Assembly: GCA_030248215.1 (NCBI GenBank)
Contig: JASANG010002922.1
Location: forward strand, 62,001 to 126,000
Reading direction: 5' to 3'
Source: Enoplolaimus lenunculus
Lineage: Eukaryota
Length of the DNA stretch: 64,000 bases
Shown: in pieces, positions 36,594-49,893 of the stretch
Position numbering within the stretch: position 1 is the stretch's first letter
Layout: every line of letters begins with the position of its first letter
The notes under the pieces: model-generated
What the model was told of the DNA's origin: nothing
Database searches by the model: none
Seen by the model: only the letters and a program-made list of their open reading frames with translations
Made by a program: the position numbers and the translations under genes

Positions 36594-36866
36594 TAGGGGC
36601 GTCCAGATTTGTGGTAGGTCTGCTAAAGATTACGTTTTGATTCTAGATTACATTTTTGCTTACGCTTAGGCATGCGCATATTCTACTCTGACGCCCCTAG
36701 TTTGATATGTACGCTCATATTTTTAGGTGTGCGCAACTCTTATCATCTGCCGGTGACAAGACCTGTACCATTCGTTAAAACACATGGTGAACTACCAAAT
36801 GAAGCATATGGTTTGCAATTGATTTGTCCAACTAGCGAATAGAGGTTGAGAATAGCAGATGCTGTA

Positions 36867-37556
36867 CACAAAATAGTCTTGAAATTTCAAGAATCCTACT
36901 TCCTTAATTTTTCAAGACATTAATGTCTTGTTTTCCAGACATTAATAGCCTTAAACTGCTCAGAAATTTGTGTCTGAAATAGTTAAAACATAAATGCCTT
37001 ATTCAAAAAATTTCTATTTACAATTTATACGAAAGAGATTTCTTTCCTTCAATAAATAGTGGTGTTATATTTAAGAATTCATTTTCTGATTTTTATGCAC
37101 ATAATATAGTTGCTCCGTTTATATTCTAAAAAGAGTATATAAATAATCGAATTTCAAAGATTTTTCGGGGTTGAGCTTAAGCTCCCCCAACCCATGCTTA
37201 CGTCTTGGACGTATCTTAGGTTGCAAAAGTAGGAAATTTGGTTGAGCTTAACTCCCTTGTGAAGGCGACTTTTCTGGCAAATCTTGTTTTAAGACATATA
37301 TGTCTTAAAAATCAGCAAAACAAGTCTTTTATTTCAAACATATTTGTCTTGTATTTCAGAAATATTTGTCTTAATCGTTTATGAAACACACTCAAATTTA
37401 AGATATTTAAGCCTTAAATATTTCAGACACATATTTCTGAGAAATTTAGGCAACCAATGTCTTGCATTCAAGATATATGTCTGGAGTTTAGATTAAGACA
37501 TAATTGTCTTGAATTTAATACGAAAATAATTCATGAACATCAGAAAATGTTTTGTG
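36867..37556 (+). mobile_element. Family F element
   Basis: Collinear with 21432-22096 (e.g. CCAGACATTAATAGCCT, TATCTTAGGTTG, CAGAAATATTTGTCTTAATCGTT). Confidence 0.8.
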
Positions 37557-37841
37557 CATAGGTCACTTTTTAAACACCTATCGTTAACTAGCAATACGTG
37601 CTATGCTCAGCTGAGAATACGAGCTGTATTTACAATCCCATAAAAGTATACATCTACTCAAACATATCTAACAATTATACACTTAGACCCATACTTATTA
37701 TACTGTGATGAGGCACGCGCACTGGGAAACTGAAGGAAGTAAGAACTAGATACACTTAGGCTAATGATTAGTCTCACTCCTAGCTTTTGGCTGTGTGGCA
37801 GGATTTTTCCAGTTAAAATGGACATGTCCAAGCATATAAAC

Positions 37842-40800
37842 CTACAAAAATGATATTCCAAGACCAAACTGTAACCCTGGTGTCACCGAATCTTGGGCGT
37901 GCATTGCAAACGGCCACACGTAATTCAACTCAATTCGTGCTGCGTTTCGCAATTTAATTGCAATTCCCAGTCCAAGACTACAGCGCGGTGTTGCAGAACT
38001 TAAGCTTTCAATCACTTCAGAATGACTCATTGAATAGCTAACCGGACAAATGCTTCCTGCGAGTGCGAATCCGTGAGCGAAAAAAAGCCACGGAGGAATC
38101 AATGGCCTATAGATGTGTAGGCCTGCAGACCACGCAGCCATACCTCCCATGAACGCGCCATCCTGCGCAGGTCCCACCCCACGATAGGCAAACCCTCTTA
38201 AATCAGTCGGACCACCTAGATAGACTCGATCGATTAAATTCAAACTTTTACCGCCCTGAGGGATGACATAGCTAGCACTGAGCGACGGTGTCAAGAAAAA
38301 TCCCAGCGGCAACGGTGCAGAACCGCGTAGCTCCGCATCGTGTCTCAAAAATTGTGCATCACCACCGAGACCAGCGAATTCTTGGCCAATTTTGGCGTAC
38401 AAACCACGCGAAGGCAAGATTTCTGAATCAAGCGTTGAGTACTTGATAATGTTTTGAACGCTAAATTTCAACGAATGGCCTGAAATACAAAAAACGGCAC
38501 ATTTGTGATTTTTTTCAAACGTACGCTGGATTAAAAAATCTAAACCTCTCATATTTTAAGACTTGCTTCAACTTACCAGCTTGTTCCCTAACTGCCCACG
38601 CAGCGGCATTGTGCAAAACGGCAAGTTTACGCCATTCAGCAGTTAGCCGACAATGGTGTGTCCAATTGTAGAATGTTGCATGAGACAACTGTCCAGCAAC
38701 TCCGGTTTCTACAGACGAATATGCGGACGCAGGAGACTCAATTGATGACCGATACGCATGCAATGATAGTGAGGTATCACGCCAGCCTAGTATAGGTTTC
38801 GTAAATCTAAAATATACAAATCAAAACAATGATAGTTTGCACAAGAGTATAGCATACAACGTATAAAATACGTACCCCAGGTTGAACTTGGAGAATAACC
38901 CACACTTTTACGGTTGCTGCCAAAACAACTGTAAAGTACACAAATCAAGACGGCATGTAGTTTAATGTCATCCATCCACGGCGCGATCGGATACAAAAAC
39001 CAAGTGCATATCTACAAGTAATAGCCCCTGTTTGAATTTCGAAAACTATTCAATGCAGTTTCCGTGCTAAGTAATATTTAGGAGCTTATAACACACTCTT
39101 GTTTGAAAACTTATCAATGATAGGTAGCCGCAAAACATGTGTATGAATATAACAAAACCGTCACAAATTAACTCTTACGCAAAATGCCACAACGCCGTTT
39201 TGAGATGGCCAAAATTCGCTTCTCCTGACAAAACTTCGCCTCTGCCGAAAACACTGTGAGCTGTAATACCACCACCCGCTTGGCCTTCACCGCGGTTATT
39301 GATTCCTGAAAATGGTAAAAATTATAATATTGCAGTCCACAAGTACATGATACTTGCAACGAAATATTGCCTTGTGCGTTCCAAGCTGCGCTTTGTTTGT
39401 GCATACAAGTCTGCCTATTTCTTAATAATCTGTTCACAAATTTCAGGTTTTACGAAAGAATTTCCGGATAAAACTGCATGTACAAGCTAAAGTTGCAAAT
39501 TCTCGGTGCAAAAACTTACAAATGTAAACGAGAGTTAATCCAAAAACAAAAGTAGCACCACAGGATTTCAGTCAGATTTTTCTATAGCTCTTCCCAATCA
39601 TACCAATAAATAAATGAATAAATAGGTCCACAAACACGGTGCCGCACAGCAATAACAGACAGCTGCATTGTAATATATTCGAGTATGCTTAGATTTGCAC
39701 ACTATCAACTAAAATCTGTCTATATAAGTTCAAGCTAAGAGAATTATATATAATATAATATATTGAATATTTAACAGAAAACTGTGATAAATAAAGGTTT
39801 CAAACAGCCCTTTCTGCCGTCGTATATAAATACCCTTTGACTACCGCCGAAAATATAGGTCTAGCGCACCAAAATGTTTGGCCAATACAATATCACTCAA
39901 ATCTTTCATGTGCAGTTTTTTTATTTTCAAAATTGTAGTATCATGGAGGATATAATCAAACAAGTCATTTATGTGTTCTCACAATAATTTTTGATATCAC
40001 ACCAGATTTTTTCGTGTTGGGGCCCACGAATATAAAATTTTCAAATAACTAGTACAGTTGCATCCGTGTCCGGGTATTTTAGCCGAAAAATTCCGGGTCC
40101 GGGTTTTCACATCAACAAATTCCGGGGCCGTGTCCGGGTATTTGCAAAAATACCCGGAAAAAACACCCAGAATAAAATAAGCTTAGTGATTTTAACATCC
40201 CGCGCCTACATTCTGAATAGTAACTGCATCGTCCCATGTTACTTTCATTTTTTCTATTAACCTCCCTTATCACGCGCCATAGCATACGCAGATATAAATT
40301 ATACTTGCTCGCTAAAGCGCGGTTAATAAAAAATTGACTGATTACCAGTGTTAACGCTTCCCCGAATTCGCGACGGCTCTTTGACAATAAACGCCAGCTC
40401 GATTGGAATGCTCGCCGATTTATCTTTATTTGTTGACACTTTGGTTGATGCCGCCGCGCTAGAACCAGTTTGAGACGCTTTGGAAGCTGAAACCGGTAAA
40501 ATCCGGAGGAAATTTTAAACTCTCAACCGAAGTATATACTCCACAGTTAATGTATTTCGATTACAGAGAGCAAAAAAATTAAGACTGATAATGCACGATG
40601 GTACAAGTGTATACCCTTACGTGAACTGTTAAACATTGTGATGCGCAGTTTTACAATTAGCCCACGCCTAAATATTGGTAAGTATGCGTGTAGAAGACGG
40701 AGCAAACGCAAAAAAGAACCTAGTGGTTGAAAAACCTGTATATATGTTGTAGTCTACAATAATATGTTTCAAGCAAACTACGGTGAAACAACAGTAGAAT

Positions 40801-41397
40801 GCGTATACGTACCTACGCTTTTTGAGTCACACACATCAAGCAATACCACCATATTATCAAAAAGTCCATCTTTTTCCATTTGTAACTTTGCTTCGTATGA
40901 CTAAAAAAGCAGATCTGTAAGCGTCACTTACATACCGAAAGGATTTTTCGACTTTTATACATATACATATATATGCGATATTGAGGTTTTATCAAAGGTT
41001 TATATATACTGTTTTGTGAAGGTTTCCTGCTATTTAGTTTAAAAACCATACATTTTCGACAATTAGAAAGAGTTCTCAATAATTGGATTATCTTCCAGCT
41101 GCAATATATGCTTCAAGAAACATGAATGACAATGCTACAAGACACCATGATAGCATATACGTATTATAAACGATAGTGTTTGACAACATGGTACACACAA
41201 TTGCGCGCATTAATCATAGTTACCTTTCTAACTAACTCGCGCAAAGTTGTGGCAGTAAAAATATGTCGAATTTCTTTAACTAAAGCATCATATTTTGTTC
41301 TATGAACGTTATCAAAATGCACTCGCTCCAGATGAACACGCGTATTGATGGTAGCCTCATCGCCTTTCAAAATTGATGCTGGACCAAACGCTTTCAT
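37842..41397 (-). CDS. SAMM50: SAM50 (Omp85 family), mitochondrial outer-membrane sorting and assembly component, ~465 aa. Exons 41397-41224, 40900-40813, 40486-40346, 39305-39179, 38806-38577, 38479-37842
   Basis: Phase-consistent GT-AG exons (1398 nt). POTRA-like VHLERVHFDNVHRTK; VFGRGE; VREQAGHSLK; YLGGPTDLRGF; RIELNY; C-terminal beta-signal QFGLGISFL. Confidence 0.95.
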
Positions 41398-41710
41398 TTG
41401 TTTATAGCAACTGTAACTGATAAATGTTACTGCAATTTAATAAAACTCCTATTAATTTATACTTATACAAAATCTGTTGATGTCAAAAGCTGATGCTACA
41501 GACCAAATACGTGCACCGCAATAACAGTTTTTGTTGCAAACGTATAGTTATATAACGGTAGTTGGTTTGACTCAAACGCCAAGAGGTTCTCCATTCGATT
41601 TCTCTAGTGGTCTTAAGCTTTCGACAAATTTCGTAAGGGGGTGCAACCGGAATTTTGAAATTTTAATTTTAAACCTACTTGTGATACGTTGCATAAAAAT
41701 TCTGTATAAC

Positions 41711-42507
41711 TTATTGAACGAAGCGAAACTCCGAGCGAAGCTCGGAGTTTCGCGAAGCGTTTTATGTTTCGTACTCGGGGGTCGAAAGGTTGATGTCCGT
41801 CCGTCCGAAAAGAATCTCAGGAACGCCGGAACCGATTTTGATAAACTTTTTTTGTTTTAAAGCTAATTATATTGGGGTGTTAACCTCGCATTGGGGTTTT
41901 AAAACTTTAAGCCGTTTATTAGCTACAGGCTAATTTGCACAATTAGTTAAGCTTAAATTAGGACTTTCTACATTATTTCGCTAATTATTACAGTTGCAAG
42001 CAATACGTATAATTTCAACATTAAAGGGTTTTTGGGTGCGCGGAATCTGCATAGACTGCTTACAAACCTCCAAAACCGATAATTGAGTCGTTAGGTAACA
42101 GGTAATTTGCATATTAGCACAGTTTATAAGCCTAAATTAGGACTTTTTACAATATTACACTAATTATTGAGGTTAAAAGCAGCGTAATTTCAGCACTAAA
42201 GGGTTTTAGGTGCGAGGAATCTGAATAAATTGTGTACAAACCTCCAAAACCGATAATTGAATAGTTAGCTTTTAGCTAATTTGCATATTACCTTAATGAC
42301 AAGACAAAACTAGGGCTTTCTAAATTATTTAAATAATTATTAGGGTTTACTGAAGGTTTTTGAATGCGAGGAATCTGAATAAATTGTTTACAAACCTCCA
42401 AAACCAATAAATGAATAGTTAGTTAATAACTAATTTGCATATTCGCTTAATTGCTTACGTGTGTTCGAGCTTCGCTCAATACATGTTATCCCTCAACGAC
42501 TGGTTTA
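41711..42507 (+). mobile_element. Helentron-associated / DINE-1-like non-autonomous element
   Basis: SubTIR TATTGAACGAAGC (41712-41724) versus GCTTCGCTCAATA (42469-42481); 5' palindrome GCGAAACTCCGAGC-GAA-GCTCGGAGTTTCGC; (TCCG)n; core ATCTCAGGAACG..ACCGATTTTGATAAAC; ~3 internal tandem units of ~150-180 bp; T-rich boundaries. Confidence 0.75.
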
Positions 42508-45500
42508 TTAACTTGCATCAGTGAGTTAACTTATCAATAATTGATTGTAGTTTAGCTTTTACAGAACCAAAAATCATCGCCAGTTATTTATTCAACGTTT
42601 TTCAAAAATGTTGCCAGCCAACAGACACGGTAAATGAATATTTTGTTACTACAAATTATGCGTAGTCAAATTTCTAGTTCCGATTCTGGTATAATCCAGT
42701 TCCGCTTTGCACCCTACGTCTTGACGGGGTCTCAAACTGTGCAATTTCAACAAAATCACATTATGCGCTTGGCATAATAACCTAAGTAGCTGGCCTAAAA
42801 ATTTCTTTAAAATCATAACAAATGATGGCTTGCATATAGTGCTGACTGCACCAACTTACCGCTACCAGTCACGGAAACATAACCGGTTGAAACTAGGTTA
42901 GCACTCTATAACCCTATAGACAAGCCTCTCGTACCTCTATTGGGCGCTAATCAGGTTGGCTCAACAAATACTTGGGACACACTCGTAAACGTTTGACCAA
43001 TTACTAGCTATTTCAATACCGTCAGATGCTCTAAAAGCATCGGATCTTAGCAGTACACGATTTTTTTCAACGAAAACACTGATTGGATTTATATTTATCG
43101 CGAACATGGACTCGGCAAACGGTATGAAAACCTTGGAGACGATAGGAACGACACAAAGTGCTCGATGAACCATTAATAGATTGGATAGCTACACAGAGCC
43201 GGCTTTATCACCCCCAAACAGATGAATAGGGCCCCCGAGAATACGGGACCAATTTTACAAACTTAACACGTTAATTCATATAAAAATACGTCTAGAGGTC
43301 AGAGGGCTCAAAAATGACGTTTAGCTACTTTAGCTCATTCTGTTTGAGAGATTTTCTTTGCTACTGCAACCGCTGTTGAAGTTGGTTGCCCAACATTCCG
43401 ATGCTCACTTCTAAAAGCAGTTTTATGAAATTCGGGATCACCACCGTGAATAATTTTTTGCCGCGTCACTTTAGGTAGAAACCGGAACTTCACGTTTGTG
43501 CCTAGCAGCTAGCAAAGCGGGTTACACGTGTTTTCGAACTAGCGACTTACGGATTCTTAGGAAGATACTTATACATAGCACTTCGCCACGCAGCTCGCCT
43601 CTTGAACTACTTTTATCGACAACTTTATTATACCTTGCGAGACTCAAACACTTCAAACAGTGCACATGTTTAGATGCTAAAGCCGGTTAATATCCGGTTC
43701 CGGTAAAAATTCGGCTTATCTTCATTGTGCTCGGAACGATGTGGCGGATCGGAAAATAATATTTTCTCAAAAATTTCCACATTTTTCACTTTTTTTGCGT
43801 GTTAAGAGTTTAACTTGCTCTTGAAGGCAACTATCACGTGTATAGTGTGAGTTGCTTAGTGCTGGTGGTTTAGAGACCAACAGCCCCCTATTTTGCTTAG
43901 TTTCCTTTAAAAATCGGGGGATAAGGGAACAGCAGCCGCACTGAAAGGCTTAAAATAAAACATGGCTTACTTGACTATACGAGATATCGATGAGGAATTC
44001 GGAAAATTGAGGCTCGACAGCTATCCGATAAATGATCGGTTCCCCGTTCCGGTAAATTTTAAAACTTATGGAATCTTAGCAAAACCAAAATAGCCTAGCT
44101 AACGCTTTACCGTAATACATAAAACTTATAGCTCAGTGTGATACCTACCAATGAAACCATTCTCTCACCGAATTTTACTGTTCTGTAATAAGGGAGCTTA
44201 TAAACTTTGCCTTATTAAAGCAAAAAGTCTGAAGCCTTGCTAGTTCCTTGATCTTTTATTATATTCTTAAATGCGATTAGCATCTATCACGTATTATTGA
44301 CAAATTTTCAAACTGACGAACTTCTACAATATTGGATCTCAAGGACACTACATTGTCTAAAGTACGGTTTTCAGCGTCATGCCCACCGCTCTAATCCATA
44401 ATGCGTGTTTTAACGCTTTCAACCAGTCGGCTCTAGTAAAAATTAGAGTAGCTTGCGACTTTGATTTGATATATTTTTGCCTTGACTAGGTTTAGGCAGG
44501 TAGGCTTTGTCTTTGTTCATCCTTACGGTTAGGTTTAGGCTTATGCTTAGGATTGCGCTTCCCGGTTTATTTCGATTATAAATAATTGCTCGATATACCG
44601 GTTCATTCTGAAATGTAGTATTAGTTTCGTCTCGTAAATGCGTAGCTAGTAACCGTAGGGGTTCGGTGCATGTTTTTACTTTTTGAAATTCGGAAGAACT
44701 GAACAAAAACGAGCACGCTAAATTGTGTAATATATTGATCTTTACGTTATTCCACTATGGAACACCGTTGATTCAAATTGATATGCGTGAGTCTCCGCTT
44801 AAACTAAAAATTTGTCGTATGAAAATACTTCAGTTAATTATTATCCACTTGCTAATGAAGCGCCCCTGTTAGTGCCAAGATTAACGGTTCGAAAACTGAG
44901 GTTTTGTTGGCACCCTGATTCCAGTCTTAGGGGTTTGCCTAAACTATAAACTTGTTATGTTAATGGTTTGGTTAATTATTATCAACTTGCTAAACTAATA
45001 GAACCAAGCTTGCAATCAGCCAAAACAAGGAACCATATAATTTGCATAAATTTACTAATTTTTCTGGGGGTAAGCATGTGGATATATGCTGGCCATGTGC
45101 ATATGCAAGTGCATTTCATACACTATAATGCTTGCCGGTAGCACACGGCAGACACATATAGTCGATGATAGAAACAGGTGTTTGCTTAAGGATCCGCAGG
45201 CTTGAAGTTCTATTTCCGCTCTGGAGTCTCGTTTTTCCAGCTGCTTAGTTAAAAAAGGTCTGAGGTCTCAGTTCTAATCTAGACTGACACTGTGTGTCGC
45301 ATTCATGCGCATTGTGGCATGCCGATCCAAACTTCTCCGAATCCATGGGTCTGCAATTTACAGCGCCCGTCTCGGTGGGAAAACCATGTCAAACTGCACG
45401 GTTGGGAGAACCCCTGTTTTCGAAAGATATGGCCACGCCGGTAGTCGAACCTTTGACCTCTCGCTCGCGAGTCATACACTAGCCTACCCAACTTATCACA

Positions 45501-47932
45501 CGTACCAATATTATCGGTCTCAAATGCACCTGATGATCTGCCTTGAACGCACTTGTTAGCTGCCTCGTCTTTTATGGGGAAGAAACCTTTATATTGTACC
45601 TGTCGATATATATACCGATGTCGATGCCAATTTCAACTTTAGTACATAAAGGAGATAGGATACTGCATTACATCATTATGCCAAGACTTAAACGATCACC
45701 ACCATAAACGATTATAATTTTATTAGAATGGTTCATTTAAATTAATTCGTCAAACACAAACGCAAGAGAGATAACAGTTTCTCTGATCAGACACGCTGAT
45801 ATAAGCCAAGAAGTGAATGTTGATTATTGCCGATGTCGATTAATCGGCACATCCCTATTTCTAATATAATCATAGTGTGCCATATATCCAATGATATTGG
45901 AGGCGGATTGTAAATTTTCTACCGGAACCGAATGTCAACTGGGTAGTACCAACTAAAAACTTCTAATGCTTTAATGAAGTTCGAAAAAAACCATTGTTAA
46001 TTGAAGCCCTGTATGCATCAGTTTAAACTACCTTAGTGTTTTTACCTGGAGATGCCTCGAGGCATGGGATGAAGGCCAACACGTTGTTTTGCGGGGCCTA
46101 ACCGGGCCAGTTCCGTACAATTCTTAAATTGTATCACGCTCGGTTCTAGTTTGATATATACATATCAACAGGTTGTTTTATTTAACAAAACGTACATAAC
46201 ATAACAGTCATAACTTTATAAAATATGCAACAGGGTGCGGAACGGTACTTACTTTAATCCGAGTCGATTTTGAAAGCATGAAAGCAGAGTCTTCCAGCTG
46301 GATAATTTTTCATTACCTAACGTATATAAAATAGAAAAAGTTCAACTGATTCTTTTGCAAAATTAGTCAACAAAACTTACAGCGACTAAAAAATGAAGTC
46401 TTTAAAATTTTTATATTTGTTCTTCTTCCGCAACAACACTGGTCTCCACGTATATGTAATTAAGGTGTTAACTTTGAAACTTATTCCTGAAAAATATGTT
46501 TCTGATTAATAATTACTACGCTTATTGCAATCACGCGTTTTATGGTGAATTTTAGCCTCACGCTTAGAAATATGTTTATACTACTGCTACAACCATTTGT
46601 TCTCAAATGTCCACCGTTTTGCTAAATTTCACTGCACTTTTAAGTATATATAAGTATAAGTATTTGCCAAGCAGTTTGTATCACTAGCTATGAAACTTGC
46701 AAATACATACACTTTTATATTCAATTTGTTACACAGGTATTTCGTATAGACATTCCAACAAAGCATTAATAGTCACACAGTGCTTATTAGATGACGTACG
46801 CATAGTTGAGATACATACACCAATTTTGGTATGTTTTTGTTTGTATATCAAATTTCGGATCCCGGGATCCGGTAGTTTATTTTACCGGATCCGGATTCGG
46901 ATCCGGATCTTAAAAATTGTAGAGATCCGGATCTCGGATACGGTCGATCCCTAGTCTAAGGAAATAATTTAGTCAAAAAAATTTTTGCGAGCAAGCGAAG
47001 CGAGCGAGAATAATTTTTTACCTCTGCGAGTACATACGTAATTATAGTGCGCTTTTCCAGTCTTCCCAGGAATTTCGGGGGATGTATCCTCTAACACCTC
47101 TTATATACGCACCAGATAGTAGCGTATATATTGCTTATATGAATGACGGGGAAGTGATATTATGTATTTACTAGACATAACTACTGGTTTTTTCTGGCGT
47201 ATGCCGCGTTTTGTTCTTATGTCTACACTACACAACACATATATACGTGTTTGCATATTTTATATATTTATGTACATATTTTTCATTCATGTAGTTGTAT
47301 TGATTTATTCCAAGATTTGAAGTAAACTGCAGTATTAGTGTTGTATTCAGCACCTCCGTTAATAGCCCTTCCCCGCATATCAAAAAAAATTTTCGCAGTA
47401 GGTGCAGTGCGGAAATTATTGCAACAAATTCTAAAACTTGTAGCTGGCGCAATAGCAAATTTGTACACACTAAGAACTATGAAAAAAGACAAACTACGAA
47501 AATGCATTAGAAATAATTTATTTTGAAAATTGAATTTTTCAGGTGACGACCAAAAGCTGAGACGCTTAGGCTTTGTTATAGACCCATTTTTACTCCGAAG
47601 TTTAGGCTTAGCCTTACGAATAATAGATATATGCTGAGACATATGCTGTTACGCGCCTAGAATAACGCCCATCATCTATATCTGGTTTTCCAGCATTATT
47701 GTACCCCAATAAAGATTGTAAACGTACACGGACACATGCAAACCTTTATACGTAGGTATTACATGTGTGACAGAAAAAATATGCAAAAGTAAAGTCAATC
47801 AGTTCGATACTACGTACGGATGTTGGTATAAGTTTTTTCAAGGTTTTTAGAATTAATATCCGGCAAGTTCAAATACCGGAGCCGGATGTCGATTTTTGCC
47901 GGAGCCGGATATCCGGTTGCGCCCTGATATAT

Positions 47933-48361
47933 CAGGGTGAGACCGGATGTTAATTTACTGGATGCCGGATACGGATATTGAATATTTTACCGGAATAGAA
48001 ACCGAACACCGGTTGAAACATTTTTCGCCGTATTTTAGCGTGCTCAAGGTTTGTATTTGTTGTAGCCTTCATAATTGCTGCTATTAAACTGAAATTATTT
48101 AATGCAAAAACGCGTTTAATTCGCGCTCGCTTACATAAGGTAAAAGTAGCTGAAAACGTGTCAAAACTTGAACTTCTTGACTTGCCCAGAAATTTAATCG
48201 AAGCAAGATGTTAAAGACGCTCACTAGCAAAATGCAGTTTTATGATATTCCGCACCACAACCGTAAGTATCCGGTATCAGGTAGGTTTATCCCGGATGCT
48301 GGATACGGATATCAGTTTTTGCCGGATATTAAATCAGAACCAGATATCTGGTCGCACCCTG
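47933..48361. mobile_element. hAT-like MITE (family C), uninterrupted copy
   Basis: CAGGGTGAGACCGGAT...ATCTGGTCGCACCCTG; collinear with 1811-2604 minus the nested insert. Confidence 0.85.
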
Positions 48362-48376
48362 ATATATATTCAGAGT

Positions 48377-48732
48377 CAGAGTGGCACCGAACCCACGATT
48401 TGACCGAATCCGAATCCAGTGCTAGTTTGCCGAATCCGAATCGGAATCTTGCATGTTGCAAATTTCAAATATATGTATAATTTGTTTCAGAATATTTACG
48501 TAATGCCTGCCGCATAACTTTTAATCCTTTATAAATTTCGTGCCTGACTTCAGTTCTGAGATTTATGTTCTGAAACAAAATGATTGATTTATGTAACAAG
48601 TTCGTTATTTAAAATTTTTAATGTATAAGAATGAAAAACATATTGGCAAACTATTCGGCTTTTTCACATTCGAACCCCAAATTTTGCTGAATCGGAATCC
48701 GAATCCTAATCCGGACCTGTGTTGCCAGCCTG
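48377..48732. mobile_element. hAT-like MITE with CCGAAT subrepeats
   Basis: CAGAGTGGCACC...GTTGCCAGCCTG, with ATATATAT on both sides (48362-48369, a few bases before the start, and 48733-48740). Confidence 0.65.
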
Positions 48733-49893
48733 ATATATATCGAAACACATATTAAAGTAGCATCCGGGTCCGGCATTTCACTTCAATAAATTCCGGGTCC
48801 GGGTTTTCACAACAAATCATTCTGGGTCCGGGTATCAAAGAAGGGCGGTCTATGTCTCTATCTCGGCGTCGGCAAGTCTCGGAATTTGGTTGTTCTCGGT
48901 CTCGCTATTTTCAGTCTACCATATGGCCCCGGCACGCACCCTCTGGCCCCGCCACCAGGAAATTTCTAATATATACGTACGTACCGGCCGGAATTCCTGC
49001 AAAAATTCATTTCCTGTTCCTGTTCTCGTTTCTGCATTCAAAGACGCAGAAACCGGAATTTTTACTGTTTTGTGGCAAATTATTACACAATCATCAGGGA
49101 TGGGCGGTCTCGCTCTCGACAAGTCTCGGGATTGGGCTAGCCTCGGTTTCGCTGTTTTTCAGTCTCGGTGGTTTGCAAACCGAGACCAAAGGGGTGAAAA
49201 AGCGATAAGCAATCACAAAAATTTTTCTTAGATCACAGCTTTTCCCCGGAAGTATTTGCGCGTTTCGCCGCGAATGTGGAGCATCGCTACCGGGTTATAC
49301 AGCGATTTGAGAAAAGAATGACCCCTCCGGTTACTCAAAATTCTATTTTTGAAAGGAAATCCAAACACTTTGATTTTATGTTTTTGCGTTTAAAACATTT
49401 AAGGCATCGTTTAAAAAATTGTGGGTCATCCGCATTTATAACGTAACGCTATGTTTAAAAATTTCTAGTCTGTTCGGTTTGCCCGGGAGCAAAAACAACA
49501 CTATAGCTCGGAATTAGGGATTGTACCGAGGGTGTTTTGAGACAATGTAATTTGTCCCGAGCCTGTTCGAAGGGTATGGCGACAGTAGCCATGTGAAAAA
49601 TATAGTAAAAAAATAAAGACGGTGATTTATTAGCTAAATTGTATGAAGTCTCAATTCGAAGCAGATAAGAATAAAATATTGAACATTTTTGTTAAAAAAT
49701 CTTATTTTATTTTCAGTATAGGTACAACGATCAGATTATATATAGGTATATTTCTAATTGTTTAGAAGCTCTAAATCTAACTTATTACAAATTATACTAT
49801 ATATTCATTTTCTGTTACTGCCCAGTTTTCTTGCTGTTTCAATTGTATCAAAAATCATTGGAGTTTTTGTGGCATTTTGAAAATTCACCCGAC

